From: Gloeobacterales cyanobacterium
Lineage (GTDB): Bacteria > Cyanobacteriota > Cyanobacteriia > Gloeobacterales > PMM-0068
Reading direction: 5' to 3'
DNA: 64,000 nucleotides
Assembly: GCA_049582005.1 (NCBI GenBank)
Contig: JBAUTB010000089.1
Span: forward strand, 5,851 to 69,850
Shown one piece after another: positions 29,661 through 40,250 of the stretch (within the stretch, counting starts at the first letter, position 1; each line of letters starts with the position of its first letter). Position numbers and translations under genes: made by a program. The notes below the pieces were generated by a model that worked only from the letters and a program-made list of their open reading frames with translations, was not told the origin of the DNA and did no database searches.

Positions 29661-31739
29661 ATGATTTCTAACCAACGGACCGACCAAGAACACTTCCTGA
29701 ACAACTATCAGGGTGGTTATGCTGGGCTGACAGCGGTACCTGGAGCAGGCAAAACTACGGTTCTGGTCCGGCTATTTCTCCAATTGGTAGAGCGGGGAGT
29801 CTCAGCCGACAAAATTTTAGTCCTCTCTTATACCCGTGCTGCCAGTCGCAACTTTCAAGAGCGCTTGCTGGCAGAAGCACCTCAACTCAGCCGCTACCGT
29901 CTGGACAATATTTGTACGATTCACGCCTGTGCCCTCCGCTTAATCCGCAGTCAGCTAAACCGCTGGGGATATAGCCTGGAGCAAACCACAACCATCTCAG
30001 CATTGCAAAAAAGAGACTTACTTGAAGGCTTGGTCCATCAATGGCTCATCGGTCGCGAAGCACAATGGCAGCAGTTCCTGTTACCTAAGGTCAAACCGGA
30101 ACAGATCCAGCAGTGGCGATTGAAGCTCGTGGACTTGGCAGAGCAAGGCATCAGCCTAGCCAAACAGGGACGGATCTCGCCTGCAGATTTGGAGAAAAGT
30201 AATTTTGCTTTTCAGCAACAGCGATTTTTTTTGGCACTCATCAGTGGTGTTTTTCAGTCCTACCAAAAACAACTGAAAGAGCTGAATTTACTGGATTTCG
30301 ATGATCTTGTTTATCTGGCGATTAAGCTCTTAGAGGAGGACTGTGTACTCAGAGAATATTGGCAAAAGCACTATCGATACTTGTTAGAAGATGAAGCGCA
30401 GGATTCTTCTCCAGCCCAGTGCAAACTTCTGGAACTATTGGCTGGAGCCAAGGGGAATTGGGTCAGGGTAGGAGACCCCAACCAGGCTATCTTTTCTTCA
30501 TTTACAGCCTCCAGTCACCAATTTCTCCGTGAATTTTGCCAGCAAAATCAACATTTTCAGTTAGAACAATCAGGACGTTCTGTAAAACCAATTGTTCAGC
30601 TCGCGAACAATTTCGTAACGGCGGTTATGGGACAGCATCCTCATCCTCCCGCCCAAAGCTCATTTTTGTCCCAGCAAATCCAGCCTGCGTACAATAGCCC
30701 AGAACCTCATGCCCAGAGTGAACCAAGATTTTGGAGCCGCGAAGAACGGGAGGAAGAAATCCAGGAAGTGATCAGGCGCAGTAAGCGCTATCTGACTACT
30801 TATCCAGACCATTCCGTTGGCATTTTAGCGTTTGCCAACAAGTATCTTGATGACTTCAATCGTCGTTTGTCTGCGCAGAATATTCCCTTTATCGATCTTC
30901 GAAATAGTCCAGGCGGGGCTTTACTCGATAACCTGCAAATTCTTCTGCAATGGGTAGTAAACCCTCTCAAAAAAAAGCATTTCCAGGATGCCGTCCAAAA
31001 GATTGGACGCTTTGAAAAAGGACCGATTATCAGCGGATTAATTTCCCAAGTTGACCCAGTCCAATTTTTAGATGGCGTTTGGACTTGGCGAACCTTACCC
31101 GGTTGGAGCAAACTTTCGGAAAACGACCAAATCGAATTGATCCAGGTCGAAGAAAAACTACGTTTCTACTATCAGAAGAGAATCGAACTCCTACCAGAAT
31201 TTTTGCTTAGAACCAGTAAACTTTTCGGAGAAGATCCAGGCTGGATCTCCACCACAGAGCAATTAGCGCGCTCGATAGCTATTTCTGGCTACGCCAAGAC
31301 TACCGAAGAATTTTTGGATTTTCTGGAGTCTAAAAAAGGACAGCGATGGCGAGAAAAAATGGTCCCAATTGAAGAGGAGATACTGGAAGAAGAGAAAGGA
31401 CTGATTGAATTGTGTACGCTGCATTCTGCCAAGGGCCGGGAATGGGATGCCGTATTTATTCCCGGTATCACGCCCTACTGGTTCCCTACGGATTACAACG
31501 ATCCATTCCAAGGAGAATTGGATTTTCTGACCGTTTACCCAGAAGCTCTACTGAAAACAGAAATCCTGGGAGCCGCCGATTCGAAAACCCCTGAACTGAT
31601 CATGAAAGATCAGATTATCCAAGAGCGTTTGCGCTTAGTGTACGTCGGGATTACACGGGCTCGCCATTATCTAAGTTTGAGTACATTTGGCAATCCGTCG
31701 AGCGTCTTTACCTGGTTTTCGGAAGGAGTGTGGTTTTAA
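29661..31739 (+). CDS. UvrD/Rep-family ATP-dependent DNA helicase
   Basis: VPGAGKTT (motif I), LLEDEAQDS (II), VGDPNQAIF (III), TLHSAKGREWD (V) and VYVGITRAR (VI). The start is ambiguous between 29601 and 29661. Confidence 0.8.
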   Translation: MISNQRTDQEHFLNNYQGGYAGLTAVPGAGKTTVLVRLFLQLVERGVSADKILVLSYTRAASRNFQERLLAEAPQLSRYRLDNICTIHACALRLIRSQLNRWGYSLEQTTTISALQKRDLLEGLVHQWLIGREAQWQQFLLPKVKPEQIQQWRLKLVDLAEQGISLAKQGRISPADLEKSNFAFQQQRFFLALISGVFQSYQKQLKELNLLDFDDLVYLAIKLLEEDCVLREYWQKHYRYLLEDEAQDSSPAQCKLLELLAGAKGNWVRVGDPNQAIFSSFTASSHQFLREFCQQNQHFQLEQSGRSVKPIVQLANNFVTAVMGQHPHPPAQSSFLSQQIQPAYNSPEPHAQSEPRFWSREEREEEIQEVIRRSKRYLTTYPDHSVGILAFANKYLDDFNRRLSAQNIPFIDLRNSPGGALLDNLQILLQWVVNPLKKKHFQDAVQKIGRFEKGPIISGLISQVDPVQFLDGVWTWRTLPGWSKLSENDQIELIQVEEKLRFYYQKRIELLPEFLLRTSKLFGEDPGWISTTEQLARSIAISGYAKTTEEFLDFLESKKGQRWREKMVPIEEEILEEEKGLIELCTLHSAKGREWDAVFIPGITPYWFPTDYNDPFQGELDFLTVYPEALLKTEILGAADSKTPELIMKDQIIQERLRLVYVGITRARHYLSLSTFGNPSSVFTWFSEGVWF

Positions 31740-31815
31740 TGCATATTAAGCAAGACCGTGTACATTCTTAATGTCTAGCCAAGAAAACTTTTGACCTATT
31801 GATTGAGGAAATCCC

Positions 31816-32259
31816 ATGGCAATCTTCGAAATTACCGATATTTTGCTGGAAGCGAAGAAGGAAATGCAGCTTACCTTTGCTCAATTAGGGGAGCTGCTTG
31901 GACGTGATAAAATCTGGGTGGCAGCCCTCTTCTATGGCCAAGCAAGAGCTTCTGAAGAAGAGGCCTCCCTGCTGTTAGAGGCACTGGATTTAGATGAAGC
32001 CCTGGCTGAGATTCTTACTGATTTCCCGCTTAAGGGTACTCTTGATGAAACAGTCCCCAGGGACCCCTTACTCTACCGTTTCTACGAAATTATGCAGGTA
32101 TACGGAATGCCAATGAAGGACGTGATTCAGGAGGAATTTGGAGATGGGATCATGAGTGCTATTGATTTTACGCTCACGGTTAATAAAGAGGAGGATCCAA
32201 AAGGAGACCGTGTGGTGGTTACCTACAACGGCAAATTTTTACCGTACAAGAAATGGTGA
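31816..32259 (+). CDS. cynS: cyanase (cyanate hydratase)
   Basis: 147 aa. [24 protein letters not shown] and the C-terminal [18 protein letters not shown] match CynS. Confidence 0.9.
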   Translation: MAIFEITDILLEAKKEMQLTFAQLGELLGRDKIWVAALFYGQARASEEEASLLLEALDLDEALAEILTDFPLKGTLDETVPRDPLLYRFYEIMQVYGMPMKDVIQEEFGDGIMSAIDFTLTVNKEEDPKGDRVVVTYNGKFLPYKKW

Positions 32260-32385
32260 CCCATGAGGAACACTGCTGGAAGAAAGATCAAGGAGTCTTA
32301 CTTTGTGGCTATGGTTACTCCTGAGCTGAAGCATCTCAAAAAGATACTTTACGAAATGTCAAAAGCTTAGATTCTACAGTTTGAA

Positions 32386-33831
32386 TTATTGGAGAACCCA
32401 GGTATCTTTCGAACCGCCGCCTTGGGAAGAATTAACCACTAAAGAATCCTTCTCCAAAGCAACGCGGGTCAGTCCCCCTGGCATTACCCAAATTTCCTGC
32501 CCATCATTGAGGATGTATGGACGCAGGTCTACGTGACAGCCATAGAAGTTCTCTTCTTCTTCCATATACGTAGGATGGCGCGAGAAACTGATTACGGGCT
32601 GGGCGAGATACTTACGCGGTTGGGCTAACACCCGTTCCCGGAATACCTCGATTTCCGCTTTTGAGGCTTTGGGGCCAATCAACATGCCATATCCACCAGA
32701 GTTATCAGCCTCTTTCACTACGAGACTTTCAATATTATCAATAATGTATTGTTTTTCTTTTTCATCCATTGCTAGGTAGGTTTCAACATTCTTGAGAATC
32801 GGTTCTTCACTCAAATAGTAGCGAATAATATCTGGGACAAATTTATAGATGACTTTATCATCGGCAATTCCGGTACCGATGGCATTCGCCAGGACTACAT
32901 TGCCTTTCTTATAGACCCGCATTAAACCAGGCACACCCAGAGCAGAATCAGGACGAAATACTTCAGGGTCTAAAAAGTCATCATCAATCCGACGATAGAC
33001 CACATCAATTTTTTGTAGACCAGCGATTGTTTTGGCATAGAGGAAGTCATCTTCTACCACAAGGTCTCGCCCTTCTACCAACTCCACGCCCATCTGTAGG
33101 GCTAGAAATGCATGCTCAAAGTAAGCAGAGTTATACATTCCAGGCGTAAGGATAACGACGGTAGGGCTTGGGGATGGGTGGACTCTGCTTAGGGCATTCA
33201 GCAGGCGTGAGGGATAATCCACGACCGTGCGGACTCGATGATCAGCAAAAACGCTGGGGAAGACCTGTTTCATGATCCGACGGTTTTCCAGGACATAGGA
33301 AACACCGGAGGGAACTCTGAGGTTATCTTCGAGGACTCGGTAATCTCCTTCAGGATGACGAATCAGGTCTGTACCACAAATATGTACATAAACATCTGCG
33401 GGGACTTTCATCCCACAAAACTCACGCCGAAACTGTGTAGAACTTTCGATAAGTTCGCGTGGAATTATTTTATCTTTGAGAATTTTTTGTTTATTGTAAA
33501 TATCTTTTAGGAAAAGATTTAGAGCCCTTAGCCGCTGTTTAAGGCCTGTATCAAGAACGGCCCATTCCTCTCGCGGAATAATGCGCGGTACAGGATCAAA
33601 AGGAAAGACTTTTTCGGTTCCTTCTTGAGAGCCATAAACTCCAAAAGTAATTCCACGGGTCAGCAGTGCTCTATGGGCAGCTTCGACCCGCTCTTTCAGG
33701 GCACCAGGGCCCAAACTCTCTAGGAAATGGACAAGCTGCTTGTAATGGGGACGGGGAAGCCCCTCTTCTGTGAACATTTCATCAAAAAAGCCTTGATATT
33801 GATATTTTTCAACGAACGGAGAAGTGACCAT
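32386..33831 (-). CDS. circularly permuted type 2 ATP-grasp protein (COG2308; DUF404/DUF407)
   Basis: 481 aa. PFDPVPRII..EW, CGTDLIR, YVLENR and NSSQGGGSKDTWVL are typical of this family. Confidence 0.8.
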   Translation of the reverse strand: MVTSPFVEKYQYQGFFDEMFTEEGLPRPHYKQLVHFLESLGPGALKERVEAAHRALLTRGITFGVYGSQEGTEKVFPFDPVPRIIPREEWAVLDTGLKQRLRALNLFLKDIYNKQKILKDKIIPRELIESSTQFRREFCGMKVPADVYVHICGTDLIRHPEGDYRVLEDNLRVPSGVSYVLENRRIMKQVFPSVFADHRVRTVVDYPSRLLNALSRVHPSPSPTVVILTPGMYNSAYFEHAFLALQMGVELVEGRDLVVEDDFLYAKTIAGLQKIDVVYRRIDDDFLDPEVFRPDSALGVPGLMRVYKKGNVVLANAIGTGIADDKVIYKFVPDIIRYYLSEEPILKNVETYLAMDEKEKQYIIDNIESLVVKEADNSGGYGMLIGPKASKAEIEVFRERVLAQPRKYLAQPVISFSRHPTYMEEEENFYGCHVDLRPYILNDGQEIWVMPGGLTRVALEKDSLVVNSSQGGGSKDTWVLQ

Positions 33832-33907
33832 ATGGGATGAATCAGATTAAAGCTAGCCATAACCTTACCAAACTCGCCCCCTTTATTCGGTCTATCTAAA
33901 TAAAAAA

Positions 33908-35281
33908 TTAGCTCTTGGCTGCTTGGTATCGTTCTTTATAAATGCGCTGTTGAATGGCATGGTCCACCATCGGTTTAGGGTAGCCATAGACTTCTAGGTT
34001 ATTATTGCTCAGGATTTCTACAGTTTTTGCCTTTTCCAGTTCAGGCACCCAACGGCGAATATAGGTCGTTTGCGGGTCAAATTTGTTGGCCTGTGTAACC
34101 GGATTAAAGATCCGTAGGGGCTTGGGGTCAGTCCCCGTTGAGGCAGACCATTGCCAACCCCCGTTATTGGCTGATTGGTCCCCATCAAGGAGCTTCTGCA
34201 TAAAGAAGCGCTCTCCCCACTGCCAGGGAATCAGCAGGTCTTTGGTGAGGAAACTCGCCACAATCATCCGGGAACGGTTATGCATCCATCCTGTTTCATT
34301 CAACTGGCGCATGGCGGCATCGACCATCGGATAGCCTGTTTCCCCTGCACACCAGCGTTCAAAAAATTCTTTATTCTCATCCCAGACAAAACTGTTGTAC
34401 TGCGTCAAATAGTTTTCATCGGCCACACGTGGAAAGTGGTAAAGAACATGTTTATAAAACTCACGCCAGCAAAGTTCCTGTCGCCAAGTAGTGATCCCTA
34501 TAGCTTGTCTATGGAGGAGCGCATGCTCGGTACTTTCCCAAGCTGTACGAATCCCCAAAACGCCAAATTTCAGATAGGGACTTAGCTGTGAAGTGCCTGT
34601 ATCTGATGGGAAATTGCGTTGTTCATCATAGTCAAAGATCGCTTTAGCACAAAATTTATCTAACTGTTTTAAGGCTGCTTTTTCACCTATAGCAGGCAAA
34701 GAGACCTGATGACTTAAACCTAACTGTTTTAGTGTGGGAATAGTTCCTGTTGCTAGACTTAAATCTGCAAGCTGAATAACCCTAGGAGTAGGAAATGGTT
34801 TGAGTTTTTTTTGATTACTCCAGTTTCGCCAAAATGGAGTGTACACGCTGTAGGGTTGATTTGATTGAGTCAAGACCGAGCTAGGGCCATGGAGCATTTG
34901 ATCTTGATGAATGATTACCTGAACCCCCAATTCTTGGAGGGCATTTTTAACTGTTTCGTCTCGCTGTCGGCTGTAGGGTTCTACATCCTCATTCCAGTGA
35001 ATTTCCTGAATACTTGCTTGTTGAACCAATTCCCGCAGAACAGCGACGGGATTGCCCTGGCGTATAAACAGGTCTCCGCCAAGGGCGCGATAATCCTCCT
35101 TCAAGACATGGAGACTCGCCAGGAGAAAGTCTACGCGCACAGGAGCCGTATCTTCAGCACTCAATATGCCAGGGTCCAAGATGAATAGGGGCAGCAGTGG
35201 TTTGCCCTCTGCACTGGCTTGATAAAGGGCTGAGTTGTCATGAAGTCGGAGGTCACGACGATGCCAAAGGAGAATAGTCAT
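33908..35281 (-). CDS. phr: deoxyribodipyrimidine photolyase (class I CPD photolyase/cryptochrome family)
   Basis: ILLWHRRDLRLHDN, TGYPMVDAAMRQLNETGWMHNRSRMIVASFL and DGDQSANNGGWQW. Confidence 0.9.
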   Translation of the reverse strand: MTILLWHRRDLRLHDNSALYQASAEGKPLLPLFILDPGILSAEDTAPVRVDFLLASLHVLKEDYRALGGDLFIRQGNPVAVLRELVQQASIQEIHWNEDVEPYSRQRDETVKNALQELGVQVIIHQDQMLHGPSSVLTQSNQPYSVYTPFWRNWSNQKKLKPFPTPRVIQLADLSLATGTIPTLKQLGLSHQVSLPAIGEKAALKQLDKFCAKAIFDYDEQRNFPSDTGTSQLSPYLKFGVLGIRTAWESTEHALLHRQAIGITTWRQELCWREFYKHVLYHFPRVADENYLTQYNSFVWDENKEFFERWCAGETGYPMVDAAMRQLNETGWMHNRSRMIVASFLTKDLLIPWQWGERFFMQKLLDGDQSANNGGWQWSASTGTDPKPLRIFNPVTQANKFDPQTTYIRRWVPELEKAKTVEILSNNNLEVYGYPKPMVDHAIQQRIYKERYQAAKS

Positions 35282-35449
35282 GCCCTAAGTTTAAGGCACT
35301 GTGGTTTGAGGCCAACCCTGAAGCTGATGCAGGAGTGTTTCCCCCAGTATTAAATCTGAGAGAATGATGTTAGCCGTGGCATCTAGTAACGCAATGCAAG
35401 AAAATTTATCAGGATGGATTGTGGAGAATATTCAGTCCAAACCATTTTT

Positions 35450-35944
35450 ATGAAAAGTGAAATTTCTCTTCCCACTTGGATTACCCTATCGCGTCTTCTA
35501 GGGGTGCCCTTTATTATTTATTTTTTGACCCTAGGAGATTCTAGCAGTCGGGTATGGGCTTTCGTTATCTTCTTATTGTGTGCGGGGACCGACTGGTTGG
35601 ATGGCTATCTTGCCCGCAAACTTAATCAGGTCACAGACCTTGGTAAAGTCTTAGATCCTCTGGTAGATAAGTTTTTGGTTTTTGCACCCCTGTTGGTCCT
35701 AATTGAGCAAGGGCAGATTCCGGCATGGGGCGTATTCATCATCCTGACCCGAGAATTAACAGTTGCCGGATGGCGCGCAAATCAACCAACAGTCATTGGA
35801 GCAAATATTTGGGGTAAAGCCAAAACCGTAGTGCAAATTGCTGCTATTGCCCTGCTGATTTTGCAACTACCCTATGCCCTAATTGCTTTCTGGATCGCAG
35901 TTCTGCTGACCGTAATCTCAGGTTTGACGTACCTTCTACCCTGA
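35450..35944 (+). CDS. pgsA: CDP-diacylglycerol--glycerol-3-phosphate 3-phosphatidyltransferase
   Basis: CDP-alcohol phosphatidyltransferase motif DWLDGYLARKLNQVTDLGKVLDPLVDK. ATG 35450 is preferred to 35414. Confidence 0.85.
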   Translation: MKSEISLPTWITLSRLLGVPFIIYFLTLGDSSSRVWAFVIFLLCAGTDWLDGYLARKLNQVTDLGKVLDPLVDKFLVFAPLLVLIEQGQIPAWGVFIILTRELTVAGWRANQPTVIGANIWGKAKTVVQIAAIALLILQLPYALIAFWIAVLLTVISGLTYLLP

Positions 35945-37270
35945 ACTACTAAATTGGCCAACTACTTTCCCATCCTGAACAACATTCAGGAATAGCTGCA
36001 AAGGCCCAGCAGTATAGATATCTGTAGAAGTCAAAGCTTGAACCACCACAGGTCCTTGGAGTTGGTGAATTTGCCCAATCATCTGGTCCACAGGTAGGGC
36101 AGCAGAACCGACCTCTCCTTGACTATTGGTCAGGATTCCAGCTTTTCTCGCTTTACGACTTGCATCTTCAAAAAGTTTCTGGAGTTGAGCGATGAGTTGC
36201 GCATCATTATCCTTTGGGTTAATGACACAGGTAGCCATCACCACGCCCTTATCAAATAGATGGAGATTGGGCAGCACTCGACCCACCACCGGAACGGGTT
36301 CACCAAGCAGTACGTTCTGGGCTACAAAGATCTGTAGCGCATGCTCTCCTGGTTTTTGGAGCTCTGTAACGAGCCGTTCGACTTCACTATTGGTGATCAA
36401 GACGGCGCGCTGACCAAATTGATAATAGGGTTGGGCTCCTCTTTTACGGACTTCTATTTCCGTTTGGGAAAGAACGGAATCCAACGCTTCTCTAAGACGA
36501 TTTGAGCCCAGCCCTCCCTGAATACGGACAGCATACATGAGCTCTCCAGATTGGAGAATCACAGCCCCTTTGCGTAAAGCAGTATTGAGGACCACATTGC
36601 TTTCGGCCAGCTTATTATTCTTGGTCTGGAGTGCAACCAGTTGTTGTGCCAGGGTTTTAATCTCTGTCTGAAGTTTGGTTCGTTGATTTCCTAACTGAGC
36701 AAGCTGTTTCTGGCTGCTATCGAGGCGCCCCTCTAGGGCATGTTCCTGACCTTTGAGCGCTACCAATTGTTGTTGAACTTCCCCATAGCTCTGTTTAGCT
36801 TTTTGGAGCTGTGCATCAGCGGCCTTGAGTTTAGCTTGTGATTCTTGGAGACTTTTCTGGGCTAATTGCTGCTTTTTCTGGGCTTCTAAACGTTGACGGT
36901 TAGAGGCCTCTGCAGATCGCAGCGTTTCTTGGAGCTTGGCTTCAGCTTCTATCCGTTCTTCCTTAGCAATTTTCAGCTCTGCTTGGACCTGCTGTTCCTG
37001 CTGCTTGTATCTGCTTAGCTCACTGAAGAGTTGGTCAACTTGAAATAGACCAAACCGGACCTGGTCTGAAACCAACAGCAAGAGCCCTAGGGAGAGTCCT
37101 GCAATAGTCATTCCTGTAAAAACAGTCACCCAAACAGCGGTGTCCTTGGGGCGCAGACCAAACAAACTCAGGCGAGCTTTGCCTATCTTGAAACCCAAGC
37201 GATCCCCAACTGCAGCAACCACGCCTCCGATGAGGAGGACTGCCAAGATTACGAGAATGCCCCCTGTCAT
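35936..37270 (-). CDS. DUF3084 domain-containing protein (N-terminal TM, long coiled coil)
   Basis: GDRLGFKIGKARLSLFGLRPKDTAV N-terminus, then a Q/E/K/L-rich coiled coil of about 150 aa. Confidence 0.7.
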   Translation of the reverse strand: MTGGILVILAVLLIGGVVAAVGDRLGFKIGKARLSLFGLRPKDTAVWVTVFTGMTIAGLSLGLLLLVSDQVRFGLFQVDQLFSELSRYKQQEQQVQAELKIAKEERIEAEAKLQETLRSAEASNRQRLEAQKKQQLAQKSLQESQAKLKAADAQLQKAKQSYGEVQQQLVALKGQEHALEGRLDSSQKQLAQLGNQRTKLQTEIKTLAQQLVALQTKNNKLAESNVVLNTALRKGAVILQSGELMYAVRIQGGLGSNRLREALDSVLSQTEIEVRKRGAQPYYQFGQRAVLITNSEVERLVTELQKPGEHALQIFVAQNVLLGEPVPVVGRVLPNLHLFDKGVVMATCVINPKDNDAQLIAQLQKLFEDASRKARKAGILTNSQGEVGSAALPVDQMIGQIHQLQGPVVVQALTSTDIYTAGPLQLFLNVVQDGKVVGQFSSSG

Positions 37271-37396
37271 CTCCCCCTCGCCACGACTATCACACAGTCT
37301 GGTAACTTTGTAGTAATCATGCCCTCAAAGTCACTGTAATACTACCATCATGACTGATTCTGACCTCCGCCGCTATCATATGGATAGTGTCATTTC

Positions 37397-38050
37397 ATGA
37401 AGCCTATGCTTTCTCCCCAAGAAACTCAAAAAGTAGACCTAACCAATGACCTTCTTTTCTACGAAGCTCCCCGACTCGTCTACCACACCGATGAATCTTT
37501 TGTCGCTAAACTTCAAGGTCTTCTAGAGAAGATTTTACCTCCTCAAGCAGAAATTTTGGACTTGATGAGTAGTTGGGTTTCTCACTTACCACAAGGCTAT
37601 CAGCCTAAGCGGGTGGTAGGGCATGGCATGAACAAGGTGGAACTTTCACAAAATCCGGTTCTCAGTGACTACTTTGTTCAGAATCTAAATGAAAATCCCC
37701 AGCTTCCACTGACAGATGAAAGCTTTGATGTCGTTCTTAATACTGTTTCTATTCAATATTTACAACGGCCAGTGGAAGTTCTCCAAGAGGTTCACAGAAT
37801 TCTAAAACCGGGTGGCCTAGTTGTAATTAGTTTTTCTAATCGAATGTTTCCAACCAAAGCCATTCAAGCATGGTGTGCTCGTAGCGATGATGAACGTCTG
37901 GAACTCGTGACGCGCTATATTCAAGCGGCCGGAGGCTTCGAGAATGTTCAAATCCATGCACAAGCAGACTCTGCCCCAAGTGCCTGGTGGATGCTCTGGG
38001 CTCAAACGGAAGACCCCTTTTACGCCGTCGTCGCCTACAAAAGTAGGTGA
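37397..38050 (+). CDS. class I SAM-dependent methyltransferase
   Basis: ILDLMSSW, FDVVLNTVSIQYL and LKPGGLVVISF (Methyltransf_11-like). Confidence 0.75.
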   Translation: MKPMLSPQETQKVDLTNDLLFYEAPRLVYHTDESFVAKLQGLLEKILPPQAEILDLMSSWVSHLPQGYQPKRVVGHGMNKVELSQNPVLSDYFVQNLNENPQLPLTDESFDVVLNTVSIQYLQRPVEVLQEVHRILKPGGLVVISFSNRMFPTKAIQAWCARSDDERLELVTRYIQAAGGFENVQIHAQADSAPSAWWMLWAQTEDPFYAVVAYKSR

Positions 38051-38380
38051 TCTGAGATTTGTCAATAGACAGATCACGCAGTATGATATTAATTCGACAT
38101 ATAATACCAATCCGCGTGAGCTGGTTTCGTAGGGACGGTCTACCTAGATATGAATTCGCTGAGTTCTTGGACATTCGCCCAGGCTTTTGCTTGTCTTTTA
38201 GTATTCACAGTAGGCTCTCCATCATATTTTGACCATTAGCACTGAATCTGTCCGGGCCTTAAGATTTCCAGGTCTGTGAAATGGCATCAGTGTTCTTGTC
38301 GTGTACTTTCGCCTTCGAGCTTCAATAAACAGGCATTACGTAAGGTTTAACAGGTTCATCAATAAGGAGCAAGCCCTGTC

Positions 38381-40213
38381 ATGGCTAAATTGGAACAACG
38401 GTTTGACTACATCAAGATTGCAATCGCTTCTCCTGAGAGGGTGATGGTATGGGGGCAACGCACCCTGCCCAATGGTCAATTGGTCGGAGAAGTAACCAAA
38501 CCCGAAACCATTAATTATCGAACCCTTAAGCCAGAGATGGATGGGTTGTTCTGTGAACGTATTTTTGGTCCTTCTAAAGACTGGGAATGCTATTGCGGTA
38601 AGTACAAGCGGGTGCGTCATCGGGGGATCGTCTGTGAGCGATGCGGCGTGGAAGTCACCGAATCCAGAGTCCGTCGTCACCGCATGGGCTATATCAAGCT
38701 GGCTGCTCCTGTCACCCATGTCTGGTATCTGAAAGGCATCCCTTCCTATATCGCTATTCTGTTAGATATGCCCCTGCGGGACGTAGAGCAAATTGTTTAC
38801 TTTAATGCCTATGTGGTCCTGAATCCTGGCAATGTCGATAACCTGACCTACAAGCAAATCCTGACAGAAGACCAGTACTTGGAGATTGAGGAGCAGCGTT
38901 GGACCGAAGATTCTCCGCTGGATATGGGAGATGATTGGGCGGGTATCGGTGCCGAAGCAATTCAACGCTTAATGCAGGACTTAGACCTGGAAAAAGAGAC
39001 AGAAGCCCTGCGCGAAGAATTGACTACCGCTAAGGGCCAGAAACGGGCCAAACTGATCAAGCGCCTCCGAGTCATGGACAACTTTATCGCCACAGGGTCT
39101 AAACCTGAATGGATGGTCTTAGAAGCAATTCCGGTCATCCCTCCCGACCTCAGACCGATGGTCCAGTTAGATGGTGGCCGTTTTGCGACCTCTGACCTCA
39201 ATGACCTCTATCGTCGGGTCATCAACCGAAACAATCGTCTGGCCAGACTCCTCGAAATTTTGGCACCTGAAATTATTGTCCGCAACGAAAAGCGGATGCT
39301 TCAGGAAGCGGTGGATGCTCTGATTGATAATGGCCGTCGTGGCCGTACCGTGGTGGGTGCCAATAATCGTCCTTTGAAGTCTTTGTCTGACATTATCGAA
39401 GGAAAACAGGGACGTTTCCGTCAAAACCTTTTAGGAAAGCGGGTTGACTACTCTGGCCGTTCGGTTATCGTCGTCGGCCCTAAGCTTAAGATTCACCAAT
39501 GCGGTTTGCCCAAGGAAATGGCGATCGAGCTATTCCAGCCCTTCGTTATCCATAAGTTGATCCAGCGCAGCTTGGTGAACAACATCAAAGCTGCTAAGAA
39601 GATGATTCAGCGTAATGACCCAAGAATTTGGGATGTGTTGGAAGAAGTAATCACAGGCCATCCAGTCCTCTTAAACCGCGCTCCTACCTTGCACCGTCTC
39701 GGTATTCAAGCCTTTGAACCGATTCTGGTCAGTGGTCGGGCCATTCAGCTGCACCCCCTTGTCTGCACGGCCTTCAACGCTGACTTTGACGGGGACCAAA
39801 TGGCGGTCCATGTGCCTTTGAGCTTAGAAGCGCAAACTGAAGCCCGTATGTTGATGTTGGCTTCTAACAATGTCTTGAGTCCTGCTACGGGTAGGCCGAT
39901 TATCACGCCTACGCAAGATATGGTCCTCGGTTGTTTCTATCTAACCGTAGAAAATCCTGATGCTCATCGCGGAGAAGGGAAATATTTCTCTAGTCCCGAA
40001 GATGCCATCATCGCCTATGAGCAAGGATTTATCGATATCCATGCCAAGGTCTGGGTTCGCTACGACGGTCCGGTAGATACTGAAAATCCTGCTGAAGATC
40101 TCCGTCAGCGCGTAGATGAGGAAGGCAACCTCGTTTCTCAACATCTGCGCACCACCGTCGGTCGCATCATCTTTAACCAAGTAGTCCAAAACACCTTGCA
40201 AGTAGTGGTTTAG
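38381..40213 (+). CDS. rpoC1: DNA-directed RNA polymerase subunit gamma
   Basis: Zinc-binding CYCGKYK..CERCGV and the catalytic [12 protein letters not shown]. Length 610 aa, the split beta-prime N-terminal half typical of cyanobacteria. Confidence 0.97.
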   Translation: MAKLEQRFDYIKIAIASPERVMVWGQRTLPNGQLVGEVTKPETINYRTLKPEMDGLFCERIFGPSKDWECYCGKYKRVRHRGIVCERCGVEVTESRVRRHRMGYIKLAAPVTHVWYLKGIPSYIAILLDMPLRDVEQIVYFNAYVVLNPGNVDNLTYKQILTEDQYLEIEEQRWTEDSPLDMGDDWAGIGAEAIQRLMQDLDLEKETEALREELTTAKGQKRAKLIKRLRVMDNFIATGSKPEWMVLEAIPVIPPDLRPMVQLDGGRFATSDLNDLYRRVINRNNRLARLLEILAPEIIVRNEKRMLQEAVDALIDNGRRGRTVVGANNRPLKSLSDIIEGKQGRFRQNLLGKRVDYSGRSVIVVGPKLKIHQCGLPKEMAIELFQPFVIHKLIQRSLVNNIKAAKKMIQRNDPRIWDVLEEVITGHPVLLNRAPTLHRLGIQAFEPILVSGRAIQLHPLVCTAFNADFDGDQMAVHVPLSLEAQTEARMLMLASNNVLSPATGRPIITPTQDMVLGCFYLTVENPDAHRGEGKYFSSPEDAIIAYEQGFIDIHAKVWVRYDGPVDTENPAEDLRQRVDEEGNLVSQHLRTTVGRIIFNQVVQNTLQVVV

Positions 40214-40250
40214 TCTACTTCCCCTATTTACGTAATCTACGGAGAAAACC

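Noticed and set aside
32263-32370. 35-codon ORF immediately after cynS (MRNTAGRKIKESYFVAMVTPELKHLKKILYEMSKA).
   Set aside because: There is no recognisable RBS or family. It sits in the convergent 3' gap where terminators are expected. The evidence is insufficient.
38150-38239. 29-codon hydrophobic ORF (MNSLSSWTFAQAFACLLVFTVGSPSYFDH) in the rpoC1 leader, considered as a small photosystem or b6f subunit.
   Set aside because: It matches none of the small subunits I can recall (PetN, PetG, PsbI/J/K/L/M/T/X/Y, PsaM), has no RBS, and cannot be assessed for conservation here.
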